Source: Ramazzottius varieornatus
Taxonomy: Eukaryota; Animalia; Tardigrada
Length of the DNA: 64,000 nucleotides
Reading direction: 5' to 3'
Assembly (NCBI GenBank): GCA_001949185.1
Contig: BDGG01000020.1
Coordinates: 62,001 to 126,000, forward strand
Shown here: positions 11,045-24,860 of the stretch, in pieces
How the letters are laid out: each line of letters opens with the position of its first letter
Position numbering within the stretch: the first letter of the stretch is position 1
Notes under the pieces: generated by a model
Told to the model about the DNA's origin: nothing
Databases searched by the model: none
What the model saw: the letters and a program-made list of their open reading frames with translations, nothing else
Program-made: the position numbers and the translations under genes

Positions 11045-14000
11045 ATGCCTGACGCATTAGCGGATCAAGATCGCTTGGTAGCGAACATGGAGCAAGACGA
11101 GGAAGACCGGGCCGCGCCAGACGACGCAGCGTCCGTCACTACTCCCGTTGGATGCTGTCATCCTGCTGGAACAGGATATCGGATGGTGGTCCTAGCGCTC
11201 GTATGCTTGACCAGCTTCGGCAGCTATTTCTGCTACGACAATCCGTCCGGTAGAACCCTCTTACAAATTTACCACAAATTTTTTTCCAAATATTTTGTTT
11301 TGTTTCTAGCGTTGGAATCGGAGATAAAAAACGACATGGATGTCAGCACGGGGCAATACATGCTGTTGTACTCACTCTACAGTTGGCCTAACGTCGTTGT
11401 CTGTTTCTTCGGGGGATTTTTCATCGACAGGATCATTGGTGTTCGATGGGGAGCGATTCTGTTCGGAGGGCTGCTTTTGATCGGCCATGTATGGAATCCT
11501 GTTCGGTTTTTCCTGAGCCCATGGATTTTAGTGTTTTTATACGAATTTTCTGTTACAGTACATCTTTGCACTGGGAGCATTCGTGAACCGATTCTGGGTC
11601 ATGCAGATGGGCAGATTTATTTTCGGGTAATTTTCGTCTGCGATTATGTTTTTTCCCATCGCCATCGTAGCGAAATTCTAGATTTCTTGGTGGTGACTGG
11701 TGACTAATTTTTAGGCTCGGCGGAGAAAACTTGGCTGTTGCCGTCAACGCCTACGCTGTAAACTGGTTCAAAGGTCGGAAAGGATCGCGCCTCGGTTCGA
11801 GTTTCAACAATATTGAGCGTGTTTTTCTTACAGGTTCCGCGTTGAATTTGGTTATGGGACTGAGTCTGAGCGTCAGTCGTGTGGTAAAGAATCCAGCAGC
11901 AAAGAGAAGATTGTTCGAACGAGAAAGACTTGCTGGTTTTTCTGCAGGGTAGTGTGTTGAATATGAACACCATGAAGCCGCTCTACAACCAGCTGGCCAA
12001 AACCTACTCAGGATATACCTGTCTCGGGTTGACGCTATTCATTGGAGGAACCACCCTCATCTTGTCGCAGTTTTGTACTTTCCAGCTGGCCTGGTTGGAC
12101 AAACGGGCGAAAAGAATACTGAAACCAGCGACCGTGGTCGCCGCAGGTAGTCCGATGATATTTTCATGAAAATAATCAGTTTTTATTGTTGCGATGGTAG
12201 GCTGTGGATAATATGCTCTAGGCGAAAAAATATCCTTCAGGGATATCAAAGACTTTCCCTGGAGCTTGTACCTCATCTGCGCCATCTGCGTGGGATATTA
12301 CACGGTAAGGGACCACGCAATTACTGGTTATCCATTCGTCAATCGCGCCCGGAAGTTTTCGTTTGTCTACAGGCTATCTTCCCCTTCATAAGTCTCGGTC
12401 TGTAAGTGACGAACTTTGTTTTTGATCTGACGCACTGTTACCGTATAGACTACGACGAGAGAGGCCTAACTTTTCTAACGAGCTTACTTTCCTAAGCCAA
12501 ATTCGGAAGGTAGCGCTGCGAATCTCGACTACAACCAGTTGGCGGCTGAGCAGAAGTTAGCAAAGCTTTAGCCAGTTAGCATTCACAGTTCAGTTTAGGC
12601 CTTGATTCAGTGATCGGCAAGTCCACCGAGAGATTCAGATAATACCGTCAAAGCAATGTGTTTTCGCTCGGAAGTTAGCAAAGTTGTAGGCTGTTCCGAT
12701 TTTGGATGAAAACGGCTACGTTGCGTCATCATTAATCCTGAGCACACTTTCAGAAATGTGTGATTCTGCTCGGTTCGACACATATGTGCTTTATCTGGCT
12801 TGGTTTGTTCTGCCCTCTGCAGAAAGAGTTCTTCCTAATATCGGATGCCATCTTCGAATGGCTTCCACTCTGGAATTTCTCTCGTCACGGTCTTCCAATG
12901 TTCCCAACTTCTGTCTGCAGCAGAATGAAGCAAGGTTGCGGGTGATACTTGTGAATTAATTTGGAATTTCAGGACCTGATGGTTTTTGAGAAATTCTTTA
13001 GTTAGAAAAGTAGTAACCAGTTTAGCGAGTTAGAAAAGTTAGGTCTTGCTCCTCGTACAGTATTTTCTTCCTGAAGACGCACATGTTCTCTGTATTCGCT
13101 ATTTAGTGTCTTTTACGAAAGCAAGTACGGCCTCAGTCCTCAACGAGCCATGCTACTCAACAGTCTGGTCTATACCATTTCCGCTGTGGGGTCTCCCATA
13201 CTGGGCTTCCTCATTGACCGAACTGGCCGGAACATCATCTGGACGATCAGTGCGATTTCCATAACCATCGGTGAGACTGTCGCTCATCGCCGTTTTTGTT
13301 TTCCATTCTTTTCAGTGTCCTCATTACCTCTAGTTGCTCATGGAATACTCGGCTTCACCTTCGTCAACCCTTTCGTTGCCGTATCCATGATGGGAGTAGC
13401 ATACTCCATGCTGGCCAGTTCGTTGTGGCCCATGGTTGCCCTGGTGGTTAAGGAACACCAGCTCGGAACTGCGTACGGGATGTAAGTTTAGAATTCTCAA
13501 AGCCGGTAACCGAGTCAGAACCTCGACCAGCCAACTCGATATTAAGTTTATTTTTCCAAGTGACCTGATGCCGGCCAGTAACACTGATAACGTGTGTAAC
13601 TTGGGAAAGTAATTAAACATGACAAGCTGATTTTTTTCAAAGTCGCGCACAGTGTCAGCCAGTCATACTGAAAACGTGCGCCACTTTGAAACGAATCTTG
13701 TTAAACTTATTTGCTGAGCTCCCGTTCACACCAGGATATTCTTCTTATTGTAATGGACACTTGTACTAGTATTTCTTTGCGCAGTATGCAAGCCGTGCAG
13801 AATTTGGGCTTGGCTGTGTTCGCCATTGTAGCAGGAACCATCGTGGACAAGGCAGGATACTTGGTCCTCGAAGTCTTCTTCATCGGACTTCTTTGCGGTA
13901 TGGTGAACCGGTCCGACACCGAACTTCTATCTTTTGTCGATTATCGAACTGGAGTCGAAGATGACCATTGTCTTTTCATAGTTTCGTTGCTGTCTGCTGC

Positions 14001-14202
14001 CATGTTGTACCTGTACGACTCGAAGGTGAACGGACTGCTGAACTTGTCGGTGTTACAACAGAAAGCAAGATTCGACGAGGAGAAACGCCTGGCCGCCCTG
14101 AGAGAGGACAATTTGGTAAATGGCCAGACGGTGGTCACCGAAGGGAAGACCACGATAGAACCTGTTTATCCCGATAATGAAGCACCGAGAATCAGTTTCT
14201 GA
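11045..14202 (+). CDS. MFSD1: Major facilitator superfamily domain-containing protein 1 (lysosomal MFS transporter), multi-exon
   Basis: CL.SFGSYFCYDNP, YMLLYSLYSWPNVVVCFFGGFFIDR, GLGGENLAVA.NAYAVNWFKG, SPILGFLIDRTGRN, SSLWPMVALVVKEHQLGTAYG.MQAVQNLGLA. Confidence 0.95.
12453..13055. mobile_element. Tc1/mariner-type MITE in an MFSD1 intron
   Basis: TA-flanked TIR cgacgagagaggcctaacttttctaac / gttagaaaagttaggtcttgctcctcg. Confidence 0.75.
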
Positions 14203-14574
14203 CACCTTATGGTGCCTTCCTTGTTAAACGTTCCTTTGCTTCTGTGATCTCTCTTTTGTTCACGGTTCTATGTATTTCCCCGCCGGTGATATTGTAATGC
14301 TCAGTTCAGCCACAATACTGGCTATCGAAAATCTTTAAATTTGACAAAACAAAAATGAAGCGGAGTATCGGTAGTTGATAAAAGACCGTTACTATTCGGT
14401 AGAGACCGTGATGGGCTCGAAGAGAAGTCACAGCTCGTAGTGAACACAACTTAAAACACACAACTATCGATGACGACAGGACCACGATGCCAACCGTACC
14501 TTCGTAAGAAAGCAACGGTGGAACCAAATGAGTGCTTTTTGAGTAAATGCCCCATCTGTTCCGTGCCGGTGGAC

Positions 14575-15505
14575 CTACTTGACTCCCCATCGTCCCACAG
14601 CGGTGAGGACCTCCTTAACCAGCTCCATATGTGCAGTTTCTCCCGTCTTCTCCAAGTGACTACAGTTTTCCATGACAGGAAGGCTAACAGCAATGTGACG
14701 CAGCGCCGCGTTCTTCAGATACTTTGCCGAGACCTCGTCCGCGAGCACCAACAGCTCAGCCCCATTTTCTTCGTCCAGGTTCACAGCCAAGATACGCTCA
14801 CAGGCTTCCTTCAGATCGTTCATTTGGTACTTGTCAGCGGCCACCAGGACGTCCTCAGCGTGTTCCGTCGAAGCCAGATCTTTGGTACAGTTGTAGTACA
14901 TGAAGTGTAGTAGCGTGTCCAGAGTTTCAGTTGACACATCAGGCAGTTCGCATCGACCCGTTTCGGTCTCCATATTTGAGTCCATCATACCCTCGAAGAC
15001 AGGTGAACTCATCGCCAGCACTGCTCGATGGGCATTTCGTTCTTCATCGTCCGACGATACCAAGACGAAATTTCCCCATATCGCAGTCGTACAAGCAGCG
15101 GAGACGCTTCTGCAGCGGATCGACTGTGCCTGTTCGATCGAGATCACTCACGTCCAGTGGGGTGTATCTGATCTCAGCTGATCAAGGCACCGTCGACGAG
15201 GAATACAGTCGGATTTGGACCCCACATGTCACTATGCAGAAAGAGTTCGCATACCCCCAGTTCTCTGCACTTTCGCCAAAACGATAAGCTTCGCCAAATC
15301 GCACGTTCCGCTTGGATTTGGGCTGGACGTTGTCATCCGCATCCAGTAATCTAAAAAAATTTATGGTTTGCATCAGGAAAAAAACAATCACCGTCGCGGC
15401 AAGAAAACGTCCGTCTGCGGCCATCTGTATGGCTGGGCTCGGTTCTATCTGCGCATGTCGGGGATTCCTGACGGTGTACCGTGTAGCTCGTGATGTGGTG
15501 AGCAT
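14575..15505 (-). CDS. BTB/POZ (SPOP/TDPOZ-like) domain protein; 5' part uncertain, possibly degenerate
   Basis: AHRAVLAMSSPVFEGM..LPDVSTETLDTLLHFMY..VLVAADKYQMNDLKEACE..LLVLAD..AKYLKNAAL (BTB plus BACK-like). Upstream WGYANSF resembles a MATH remnant. Confidence 0.8.
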
Positions 15506-16154
15506 TTCCAGCCATTTTCCACTACCCTCTCACTTGCGACCTAGATCTGGACCTACTGTGACAGCCAGCCATCTGATTTCCAAAGAAGCTCATTGCCGAC
15601 AGTTAGTATCGCATCGTCAAAACTCAAAAGTAATCAGACAACCGTAGTCTACCGTAGATGCACCAAACTAAGCCAGCCCAAATACATCAGGCTGTATGAC
15701 TGCACTGTAACTTAAGGTTTCGCGCAGTCACGTGACAAGCCAGTAAATATTGCGTGTCAGGGATAAAAAACTTCCCTGCCATCAATCAAAAATTCTTAGC
15801 TAATCAAGCGCAGCAATGTGCTACAATCAAAGAATCAGTAACATGAGGCCCCGGGTGTAATTCACTGTTCTGTCACGTGACTGCCCGAAACCTTAGAGGT
15901 AATATAGTAACCCGGGGACCGCTTGTCGGTCCTGGTATCCTCACATTGACGATGCTTTGTTTACGCACCCGCATAATATACGTTCCTTGCAGTAAAGGCC
16001 TGGTAAAGGTCTGCTCGTGGGCTCAGATTGGAGAAACTATGATGAGTTTGGTGAGTTAATACGCTACTTCCAATATAGTGCATCCATGAAAGCAAACGTG
16101 CTTAGGTGGCACAAGTAACGGAACTTTTCACCGGTCACCATGCTACATCTCCTG

Positions 16155-18878
16155 TCATATTGGGCTAGAGAAGGTCGGCCTCCGAGTTAGTTTGAGCTTT
16201 GTTGAGAGGCTGCTGTCTGCGATTACCCATCGTTCCCAGCTGTACCGACTTCTCTGTCTTTGGTGATAGACGCTGAAAACAAAGAACCAGCTTCGAATTG
16301 CAACGAACTGAGCGGACCTTAAAAGCGTAATAAAACATGCAGGGAAGCCCTACCAGATTAAGCCGCAAAAAATCGCTATAAAGGCAACCAGGACAACGAC
16401 GACGATAACGATGATCTGGTTGAGGTCTTGGTTCTCCATACAGTCCTCTGACCGAAAACACCTTGGACGGTCCGGTGGAACAGATCCTGTCTTCCATATT
16501 ACCGAGGCGTTGACCATAGGTCGTAAGACTTTGGTGTCTGAGTCGAAGTCCATTACTTTCTAAGAACACCCTGGGCTAGAATCTTGAAGAGTTAGCCGTC
16601 TACTTACGTTGTAGATTTTCGAGCATACCTTGAATACGCCCGTGTTGAAGTCGTATTGCTGTAACTCCACAAGGAACCTCCGCATACCGGTGGATGTGAT
16701 CGAAATATTTTGTCCGATCGACCTTCCCGGGAACGTGCGGTCGTAGAAAAGTGAAGCATCAAGGCCTGTGATTGGCACTTCCTTATGTTGCGAGAGCGTT
16801 TCGTTGAACACCTACAATAGCCACTCGTACATGCACTAGCACCGATGCATGGAGAAACAAACTTACCTGGGATAGGACCTCTACCATTTCCACGCATATT
16901 GTCGCATGTTCGTTGAACTGTGAGAACACGAAATGAAAGTCAAATTCACCAGCAAGATGCTTTTGGTTAGACTGGACTTAGCCAAAGTTTGGCTAGAGCC
17001 AATGGCTACTTTCGAAGTAGCCATGGGTAGTTGAAAAGTAGCCGTTGAGCTACTTTGGAAAGTACATAAAAGGTCACTTTGGTTACTTTTTAACCGTAAG
17101 TAGCCAATAGGCCTTTTCAAATGTAAAACAGCAGCCAAAGGGACCTTTTGGCTACTTTCCAAAGTAGCCAATGGCTACTCCGAAAGTGGCCGTTGGATCT
17201 AGCCAAACTTTGGCTAAGTCCAGTCTACTTCTGGTTTGTCTGCATGTCTTACTTCGAGTTCGGGATCGGGATTGGTCAGGTTTAGCCACCGTATCCTGTG
17301 TTCGGCAATTGCTCGAGTAGTGTTCTTGATGTTTGCCCAGTCGATCGTGGGCGAACTTATAATGAAGAAGCTAGGTATCGTCAGCCGGACTTTCTGTAAG
17401 TCACGAATGCGAATGTGTTAACACTAACAAGAAAGCAGCCAAACGGCTATTGATGGTTAACTGCTAGGTGTCTTACGTGGTCCAGTTCGTCACCCTTTTT
17501 CCATTCGAAAGCAGGCTCGTGAGGAACACGACCCACGTAAAGCCCAAACAGCACCTATACGAACCAGAAGGTTTTTGCGGGTTGCAAGTATAGATTTCTG
17601 AGACTGAACCCCCGATATGATAAATGCCAGTTGGCCAGGTTGTAAACCGATATTGATGATGAGTACCCACATAGTCTCCATTAGTCATATTCATGTCAGC
17701 CGCGGTGGCCTGAAATACGATAAAGAATATCGATACAGTAATTTACATTCGAAAGCACGAGAACTCAGGTACTGGTCACGGATTTGAGCATACCAGCATT
17801 GACCGCAAGGGATCGGTAAGGCTGCAGACCAGGATTACTACAAAAGTGACAATCGGATTAACGGTAATGAACTCGCAAATGGGACAGCTGATTCGACCAA
17901 CTTCGAGAATGATTTCGGGCTTCATCGAGCGAAGGTCTCCAGCCGACAATCGAAGAGTCTGTCTTGGTTTCGACGAAATCAATCTCAGGTATGACAGCCG
18001 TCAGTTCGATGAGGTGTCCACTACACATGACGATTGATTTGATGGACGCAGGATTGTCATGCAGAATGTTGTTAATAATCGAGATGGTCTTCCAAGAAAA
18101 GCGGCGCATGATGGCGATTAGGGCGGCACCGTATGCGGTAACCTCGGCAGAGCTGAAACTTAGTAGGGTAGGAAAGCGCTGTTTGTCGGCGAACCCCATA
18201 TCAGCCGGCGCACTGAAAAGTAAGTTAGTACTATCGATGTATTAACAGCCAGCTGCCGGTAGCCGGTTGCGCTCACTTAACCACCTGGGTGAAGGTCCTT
18301 TGGACGAAACGAACTGCATTACTTACCACGTGACGGTGAGTACATTCATCTCTACGAAACAACCCTTCACACAACTGTTAACCTAATGCGCTACTCTCTG
18401 AACCATATACGTCGTGGTTGTTACCTCTTCCGAAGTCTGCAACCGGAAAGGATGTAATCGGACAGGCCACTGCGAACGTACAAGCTTCGTCAGGCGGACT
18501 TTAGCAAGACCGTTTCAGATTTGGGAAGGTACCACTGGTGTCAGGGCACTTACGGGGAGCCAGTACGATAGTGTTTGGCTCTTGCAGCTTTCCGTCTGAG
18601 TAGAGTTTAGACATGATCTCCAAGATGTGCTGACGACCGCCGATGACGCAGGCTTGGTTGTCGTTATCGTTAATGAACTGCCGGTTATATGTGTAGTTTT
18701 CGTATAGCTCGGGATATAGCGCACTGTTTTGAGCCAGAGCAACCTCGATAGCCGGTAACAGTGCGCCACCAGAAGGAGCATCGTTGTCAGCCAAGTTGAT
18801 GGAAATGACATTTAAAGGACATTCGCAGTAGGTGATCAAAATCAGAACAAAAACCAGAAACGCAACTTCCTCGTCCAT
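16155..18878 (-). CDS. ANF-receptor (periplasmic-binding-fold) single-pass receptor, rGC-like ectodomain, no kinase-homology or cyclase domain
   Basis: Signal peptide; LLPAIEVA; DKQRFPTLLS..MRRFSWKTISII; W..GSVPPDRPRC; TM IIVIVVVVLVAFIAIFCGLI; spliced tail VYHQRQRSRYSWERWVIADSSL..SSPI*. Confidence 0.8.
16968..17227. mobile_element. Palindromic MITE in an intron of the ANF-receptor gene
   Basis: TIR tagactggacttagccaaagtttggctaga / tctagccaaactttggctaagtccagtcta; internal agccaatggctact repeats. Confidence 0.85.
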
Positions 18879-20520
18879 AGCTTCACCGACGGATTTCAAA
18901 AGCAACTGGACCACGTCTGCGCATACAGTAGCTAGCTCACAGCGAACTCCACGTCACCCATTAAAATTCGGAAAAAATCGTCTGGGCCTCATTGCAGGGT
19001 GTAGTGCAAACTGGAAAAACAGACAGCCCGTGAAGAACAGGCGGGATTACTGGCTGAAGGAGAGGGCACTCGTTCCGAACGTCGATATTGCAGCATATGT
19101 CAACTGGATTTCTAATCCTTGTATAGTAGCGGGCGTATAATCCTCGTATAGTAGCGGGCATAGAGTAGCGGCATTGTATACTCGAACAAAGTGTCGACAT
19201 ATTTTTACACCCTGTTGTAGTTTTCCGCCGATCAGGTCATGGACGGTGCAAACATACCGCCGATTAAATATCGAGCTGTTCCTTCCCCCATCTTAAGTTA
19301 TATGAAATTGTCCTGTCGCTAAGCTTTATCGATATGGACGATCAGAGCCTGTTTTTGCCTCGTCCCGCGGTGCGTTTTCTTGCATGTTGGAAAATAGCGG
19401 TCCTCAGCCCGGTTTTCGCGGGGCCGACAAAGCCCCTGAACGCGTTCCGAAGGGAAACTTTCGACCATCTTGGAACTGTCTTCTGGTGGAACCTTGGTTT
19501 CAGCCATTGTTGCCATGTTTGGCAAAGATTTCACGAGCAAGCAAACAGGGATCGAATGCTGTAGGATGCACCTTCGGGCAATGATAACTTGTTTTCTTGC
19601 TGTTAACCTGCATTTGCAGTCAGTTTTTCCATCTCGTTTACGCCTTCCACACAAACCGAGAGCTGCAAACTTTCTGATCGCTCTGAAAATGAGAATCCTC
19701 CAAAGAACCGACCACAGCCAAGTGAACCGTATGCAACACAGTCATCGATGCTATCCGAAGCGAAAACCACAAAAGCTCGCGAAAACAGATGAGGTCAGAT
19801 ACGCAGCAAAACATTCGAAAGCTGGGGAAAAAATCAGTTTTATTAGAGCCCGTGCATGGTTTTCCACCTTTTGTGTTTCAACACTTGAAAAATCGTTAGA
19901 CTTTGACATTGGGCCTTTTCTTCTGCAATCTGAAAGGCAGATCCCAAGTAAATCTGAGTCATTTGACCACAGTAAGCTGAAGTTCCGCTTCGGCCTGCTT
20001 TATGGTGGACTCAGTTTTCACAAACGTCATGATGGCTTGATTTGCGCAACGAAATTTGAACATAAATCTCATGTATAAAACGATGATCTATGACTGAAGA
20101 ACTGCGACGAGGCGCAGAGTAGCAAATTTAGAGGATCGGAATTCTTCCAACTTTCGAATGTTTCGACGTGACGTCACCGAGAGGCTTAATGAGCTTCGTT
20201 TAGCTAAATGGACGATCTCAATCCGTTTCGTTAAACTGAGTAGAAGGTAATTTAGAGTCTCAGACTAGGAGTAGCCTGTTTACGACTACCAGCCAGTCAC
20301 ATCGTCCGTTTAGCTAAATTCAACGTGCACATTTAGGTAGACGCCAGGTCTGAGTTGTTGTACCAGCTTTGGATCTGCGATAAGGGGCTGAAGTGATCAC
20401 AGAAAGCGCAATTACCCAACACTGAGCGATCGTTCCACGTGATCCAGCCTTACGTTTCCGGCGTAGCTGCTGTCCTCCGACATCGTTATAAAATATAAAT
20501 GATCGTGATTGCGAGCCAAA

Positions 20521-22100
20521 ATGGTCTGTTTCCCGCTTATCCACCTCAATTCGACCAACGAGAAAACCGGCTTATCGTTTCTGCTTAGTATTCTGCTTGG
20601 AGCCACCTTTTTTACGACCGTCAATAGTATTACGGTCGGTGTCTACGAGCATCGGCCTGCTCCGTCTTCCGCTTTGGACACCCCTCTGAACACCATGAAA
20701 AGGAATCTGGTTTTCTACCACCGCGCAGTTGAAGAGGCCGCTTCTACCAACGTCGATCTCATTGTTTTTCCAGGTATGCAATAGCGTAGTCCTGAACGAG
20801 TTTGATTGGTTGCCAACCTCAGTACGTTTGAATCCTTTCGTGTTTAGAGTATGGACTTCATGTTTCGGCACCATATTCGTCTCGTGATGGCCTTCTTCCG
20901 TATCTGCAAACGATCCCAGCAGCATGGTCATCTTGCCAATCGACCGTTCAGCCAGCAAGCTCTGTCATCCTCCACGAGCTTTCTTGCATGGCTGCTTCCA
21001 ACCAAATTACGCTGGTTGTCAACCTTGGCACCGTGCGCTATTGCAACACTACAAGCGATATCAACTGCCCTCCCGACGGGAGATACCAGTACAATACCAA
21101 CGTCGTCTTCAACAAGACTGGCCATCTTATCGCTACATACTTCAAGTACAATCTCTTTGGTGAAGTCAACTTTGATCAACCACCATTACAGCACGTCCTG
21201 TTCGAGGAAGGCCATACGAAGTTCGGGCTTAGCATATGCTTTGATTTGTTGTTCAAAGCGCCAGCTATTGAACTGGTGGAGCAATATGCAGCACAAGTGG
21301 TCATCATGCCGAGTTACTGGTTTAACCGCATTCCCTTCTTGGCTCTGTACGAGATCACCGAGGCATGGGCGATAAGGACGGGCGTATACTTGCTAGTCGC
21401 TGGGATTCATATGCCGGAGTTAGCGTACACCGGTAGCGGCGTATTTGGACCAGCAGGTGTTGTCAACTATACATACGTCCCTGATCACAATACTGAAGGA
21501 AAACTCGTCATCGCGAATATACCGGATTCAGTGCAATCTCAGCCTGAGAGCAGCGCCGCTGTCAAGCGGAGAAGCCCAGTCACAAATTCAGATGCCGGGG
21601 CCACGTTCGAGACCAAAACGAACGGTGATCTTTTCACTTACACAGAGATCAAGCCTGGTCCAGACAGATCAGCGACGGTCTGCCAAAATGAACTATGTTG
21701 CCAGTTAAACTATTCATGGGCTGCGGAAAACTTCACAAATGGGTTTTTCGGGCTGGGCGCTTTTTCAGGCTTGCACACGGAAAACTACACGTTGTGTAAC
21801 GAAGTCTGTGCAGTGGTACGATGCGGGTACAAAACGACCCTTGACCGTCATACTCCGGAGGTTGTGTGTGGAGACGGAATGGCCAAAGGTGCTGGAGGAT
21901 TTAGTGAGCTGAGTCTACAAGGAACGTTTTCGGAAGGGACATTCCAGTTCCCGACTGTTCTTGGGAGCGATGCTCGACTGATGAAGAGCGGTGACTGGAG
22001 GTTCGAGAAGGAGAAAGGGAGACTGCGCTTGAACGCGAAAGATAGCAAACTTTTGTCGTTTAGTCTTTATGGTCGATGTTACGACAAAGATCCCGCATAG
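20521..22100 (+). CDS. Vanin/biotinidase-family amidohydrolase (pantetheinase-like), 2 exons
   Basis: VGVYEH; DLIVFP-E-YG (spliced); CPPDGRYQYNTNVVF; Y.KYNLFGE; ICFDLLF..PA (E-K-C nitrilase triad); vanin base domain ending LYGRCYDKD; hydrophobic N-terminus. Confidence 0.92.
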
Positions 22101-22253
22101 TGAATAGATAACGAAGTTTCAATTGTAACGGGTCGGAAATATATTCTTCTGCTAGGCTAGGAGTTTCGTAAGATCGTTGGCACAAGGGATCTGGAACAAT
22201 TGTATTTTTCACAATAAGTCAGTTGATGTTATTGTTTGAATTGTGTAATCGTG

Positions 22254-23091
22254 CTACTGAAAGATGTCGCCTTCTCTCCGAATGCCCAAAATATCAAGAG
22301 CCAAGACCACAGTGACTCCGAACAGGGTGAATGATTCTAGTAATCCAAAGGCCTACAATGAAAACGCTCCATTACACTCTCCACGCAGAAGTAGTACGCA
22401 TATCGTTGACACATTCTCCCCTCAGCATACTTACTCCGCTAGCTCGCAGGCCATGTAGATCAAACAACGGATGCCATGCCACAACTGTTTGGTGTTTGCT
22501 CACAAAATCCAGCAGAACGGCCGAAGAGATAAGTGTCATGAGGGCGAGCACTGACGAGAGGCCAAGCATCTGAAACAAAACAGAGAAAGAACATGAATCT
22601 CCTGGTCCACGTACCGATCACCATGCAGACACAGTAAATACTGCACGTACAATGAACTTCATCAGGATTGCCCGAATATGAAGCAACGTGTGAAACTGGA
22701 GGAGCGCCAGTAATGTGAATACCAGCAACGAAATAAACGAGATAATCGTGATAGCCTCGTGAAACTCGAAGGCGGCATCGGTTCTGAAACCGGTGGGCAA
22801 AGATGCCGTGACACAGACCATCGCCACAAACGCCAGCACCTGGAAAGTAGAATACAGGTAGCCCGTGTGAAGATACGATACTTTTTCTGCAGTCGGAAAT
22901 GCGACAATTCTGACGGAGATACTTACCACAGCGACCATGAGTAATATTCCGGGGATACTCGTCAGGAAAGCCTTGTTCAGTCCAATACCTCGCGGTGTCG
23001 AATACTGGTTCGTAACTGTAGTCGTCACAGTGGTGCTTTGCGCACCGGCTCTCGGCTGATTAGCCGTCGTGGGAGGCATTTCGGCCATCAT
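22254..23091 (-). CDS. MARVEL-domain (CKLF/plasmolipin/MAL-like) tetraspan, paralog A
   Basis: LNKAFLTSIPGILL, FEFHEAITIIS, GLRASG, AFGLLESF..LDILG; 4 exons, 4 TM segments. Confidence 0.75.
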
Positions 23092-23495
23092 TTTTTCAAC
23101 CTTCCCAACGCCCGGGTTGCCAGCTGCTTCAGCGAACGCAAACAAGGAATTCAGCTGTTTGAGAATATTCTTTCGATGTATTAACACATAATTCTTTGGA
23201 AGGTTTGCTGTGTGCAACTTTGTGTTTCTCGGAGTACGACGCCGCAAGTTCCGGCCATGAAGGCCGTTTATCGGCCCAGTTGTTCAAACAAAGTAAGAAT
23301 TGCTTCGTGATAAGGGAGCGATATCTTTTGTTCAACCATCGCACCGTATAGCGGAGTTCTGGTATCGCATGGTTTGTACTATGGAACCAGCATGGATATG
23401 AACCGTCATACTGATCATGAAGTGGTGCGGGGAACAATAGAACGCAGAGCCCACGAGTACGCGAACGCATTGCTCTGGATAAAAGTCGTAAGATA

Positions 23496-24419
23496 TTACT
23501 GGAAAATTGAGTTCTGCCTCCAAATTCCAAGAATGTCTAAGATCAATACTATGGCTACACCCATCAACGAAAAAGATTCCAGCAGCCCAAACGCCTGCAA
23601 AACGAATAGCAAACATGGAATGGTTAATAAACTGTCCACTTGCTGGTTAATGTAAGGTTGAAACGTTATGAGTATGGAACTCGAGGAGGTGCAGCTGCTC
23701 TCTTACCGCACTGGCCCGGCATCCACCAGCACTCACGTAGTCGGAAAAAATGACTTCGTTCTTGTTGACGAAGCTTAGCAGGACAGCGGACGAAATGAGT
23801 GTAAAGAGAGCCCACACTGCCGAATGCCCAACCATCTGTAATACCGAAAACTGATGCATCAGTTGACGCGGGATGACCTATAGCTAGTGCTTGCGTTCTG
23901 AAGACTTCACAGATAAATATGTACGTACAACAAATTTCACGACAATGCCACGGATCGTGAGGATTTTGTAAACTTGAAGAAACGCGATGACGGTGAACAC
24001 CGTAAGCGAGATCCAAGAGGCGATGGTGGTGAACTCGTGAAACTCGAAAGCAGCGGCATTGCCAAGGGTGACTATCGACAGAAATTCATGTGCCGGCAAT
24101 GAAGCGGATATGCAGATCATAGCAATAAAGGCGAACATCTGCAACGGAAAACTTCGCGCTTGAGTTCTTTCACACACTAATATTCAACCTTGAACGAGGT
24201 TGTGGTCCGAAACTTTATTCAGAAACTTACTATAGCCGCGAGAGACAATATCCCAGGTATGCTGACCAATAACGCTTTGTCCAGAGAGATTCCTGCACGA
24301 GTCGAAGAGTGGGTCGAAGTCGTTGTGGTCGTTGACGCAAAAGCTGTGTTGATATTGCGTCCACCGGCTGGATGTCCGGCGCCAAATTGATTCATCTTTG
24401 GATCCATGTCGGCCATCAT
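23496..24419 (-). CDS. MARVEL-domain tetraspan, paralog B
   Basis: LDKALLVSIPGILS, FEFHEFTTIASW, GHSAVWA, GGCRASA, AFGLLESF..LDILG; same exon layout as A. Confidence 0.75.
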
Positions 24420-24860
24420 TCCGGAGGCTGATGCTGGCTTTTACAGAGCACACTGGTCTCGACCAGAAGTTTCACTCAACCTTGCTCAAAACAGTGCTTG
24501 GACATGCAAACGCACTAAAGTTGGAAGACGCGTGTACAGTTTACCTGTGAAACTTTTATCGTCTACAGTTCAAACAAGCCAACTTCCGTCTTCGGATAAG
24601 ACCACAAGTTACCCTCTCTTTGTCGTTCCATTTCATATCGCGATACTGAGTTGTGGGACGTTTGTTGAAGCAAAAAGCTAAGTCGCACTTCTACACCGAT
24701 CCCTGTTTGTTACCAGCACGGTTTCTTCATCATGCGTACGATGTCCGAAAACATCAAATTACGTACGGTCGAAAATAATGATGGCCGGTACGGCAAGAAA
24801 AAGATGCACGTGAGTTTCGGAGGTCGTTTTTGAACTGTCGACGTATACAGTAGTATATAT

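Noticed and set aside
19120-19175. Three short tagtagcgg(g)c repeats
   Set aside because: Too short and irregular to assign beyond a local tandem duplication.
19470-20078. 202-aa ORF upstream of vanin
   Set aside because: Non-ATG start, no recognisable domain or splice structure; probably spurious.
20521-22100. Possible horizontal transfer because of the nearly intronless nitrilase-fold gene
   Set aside because: It has the metazoan vanin base domain, the CPPDGRYQYNT motif and a spliceosomal intron.
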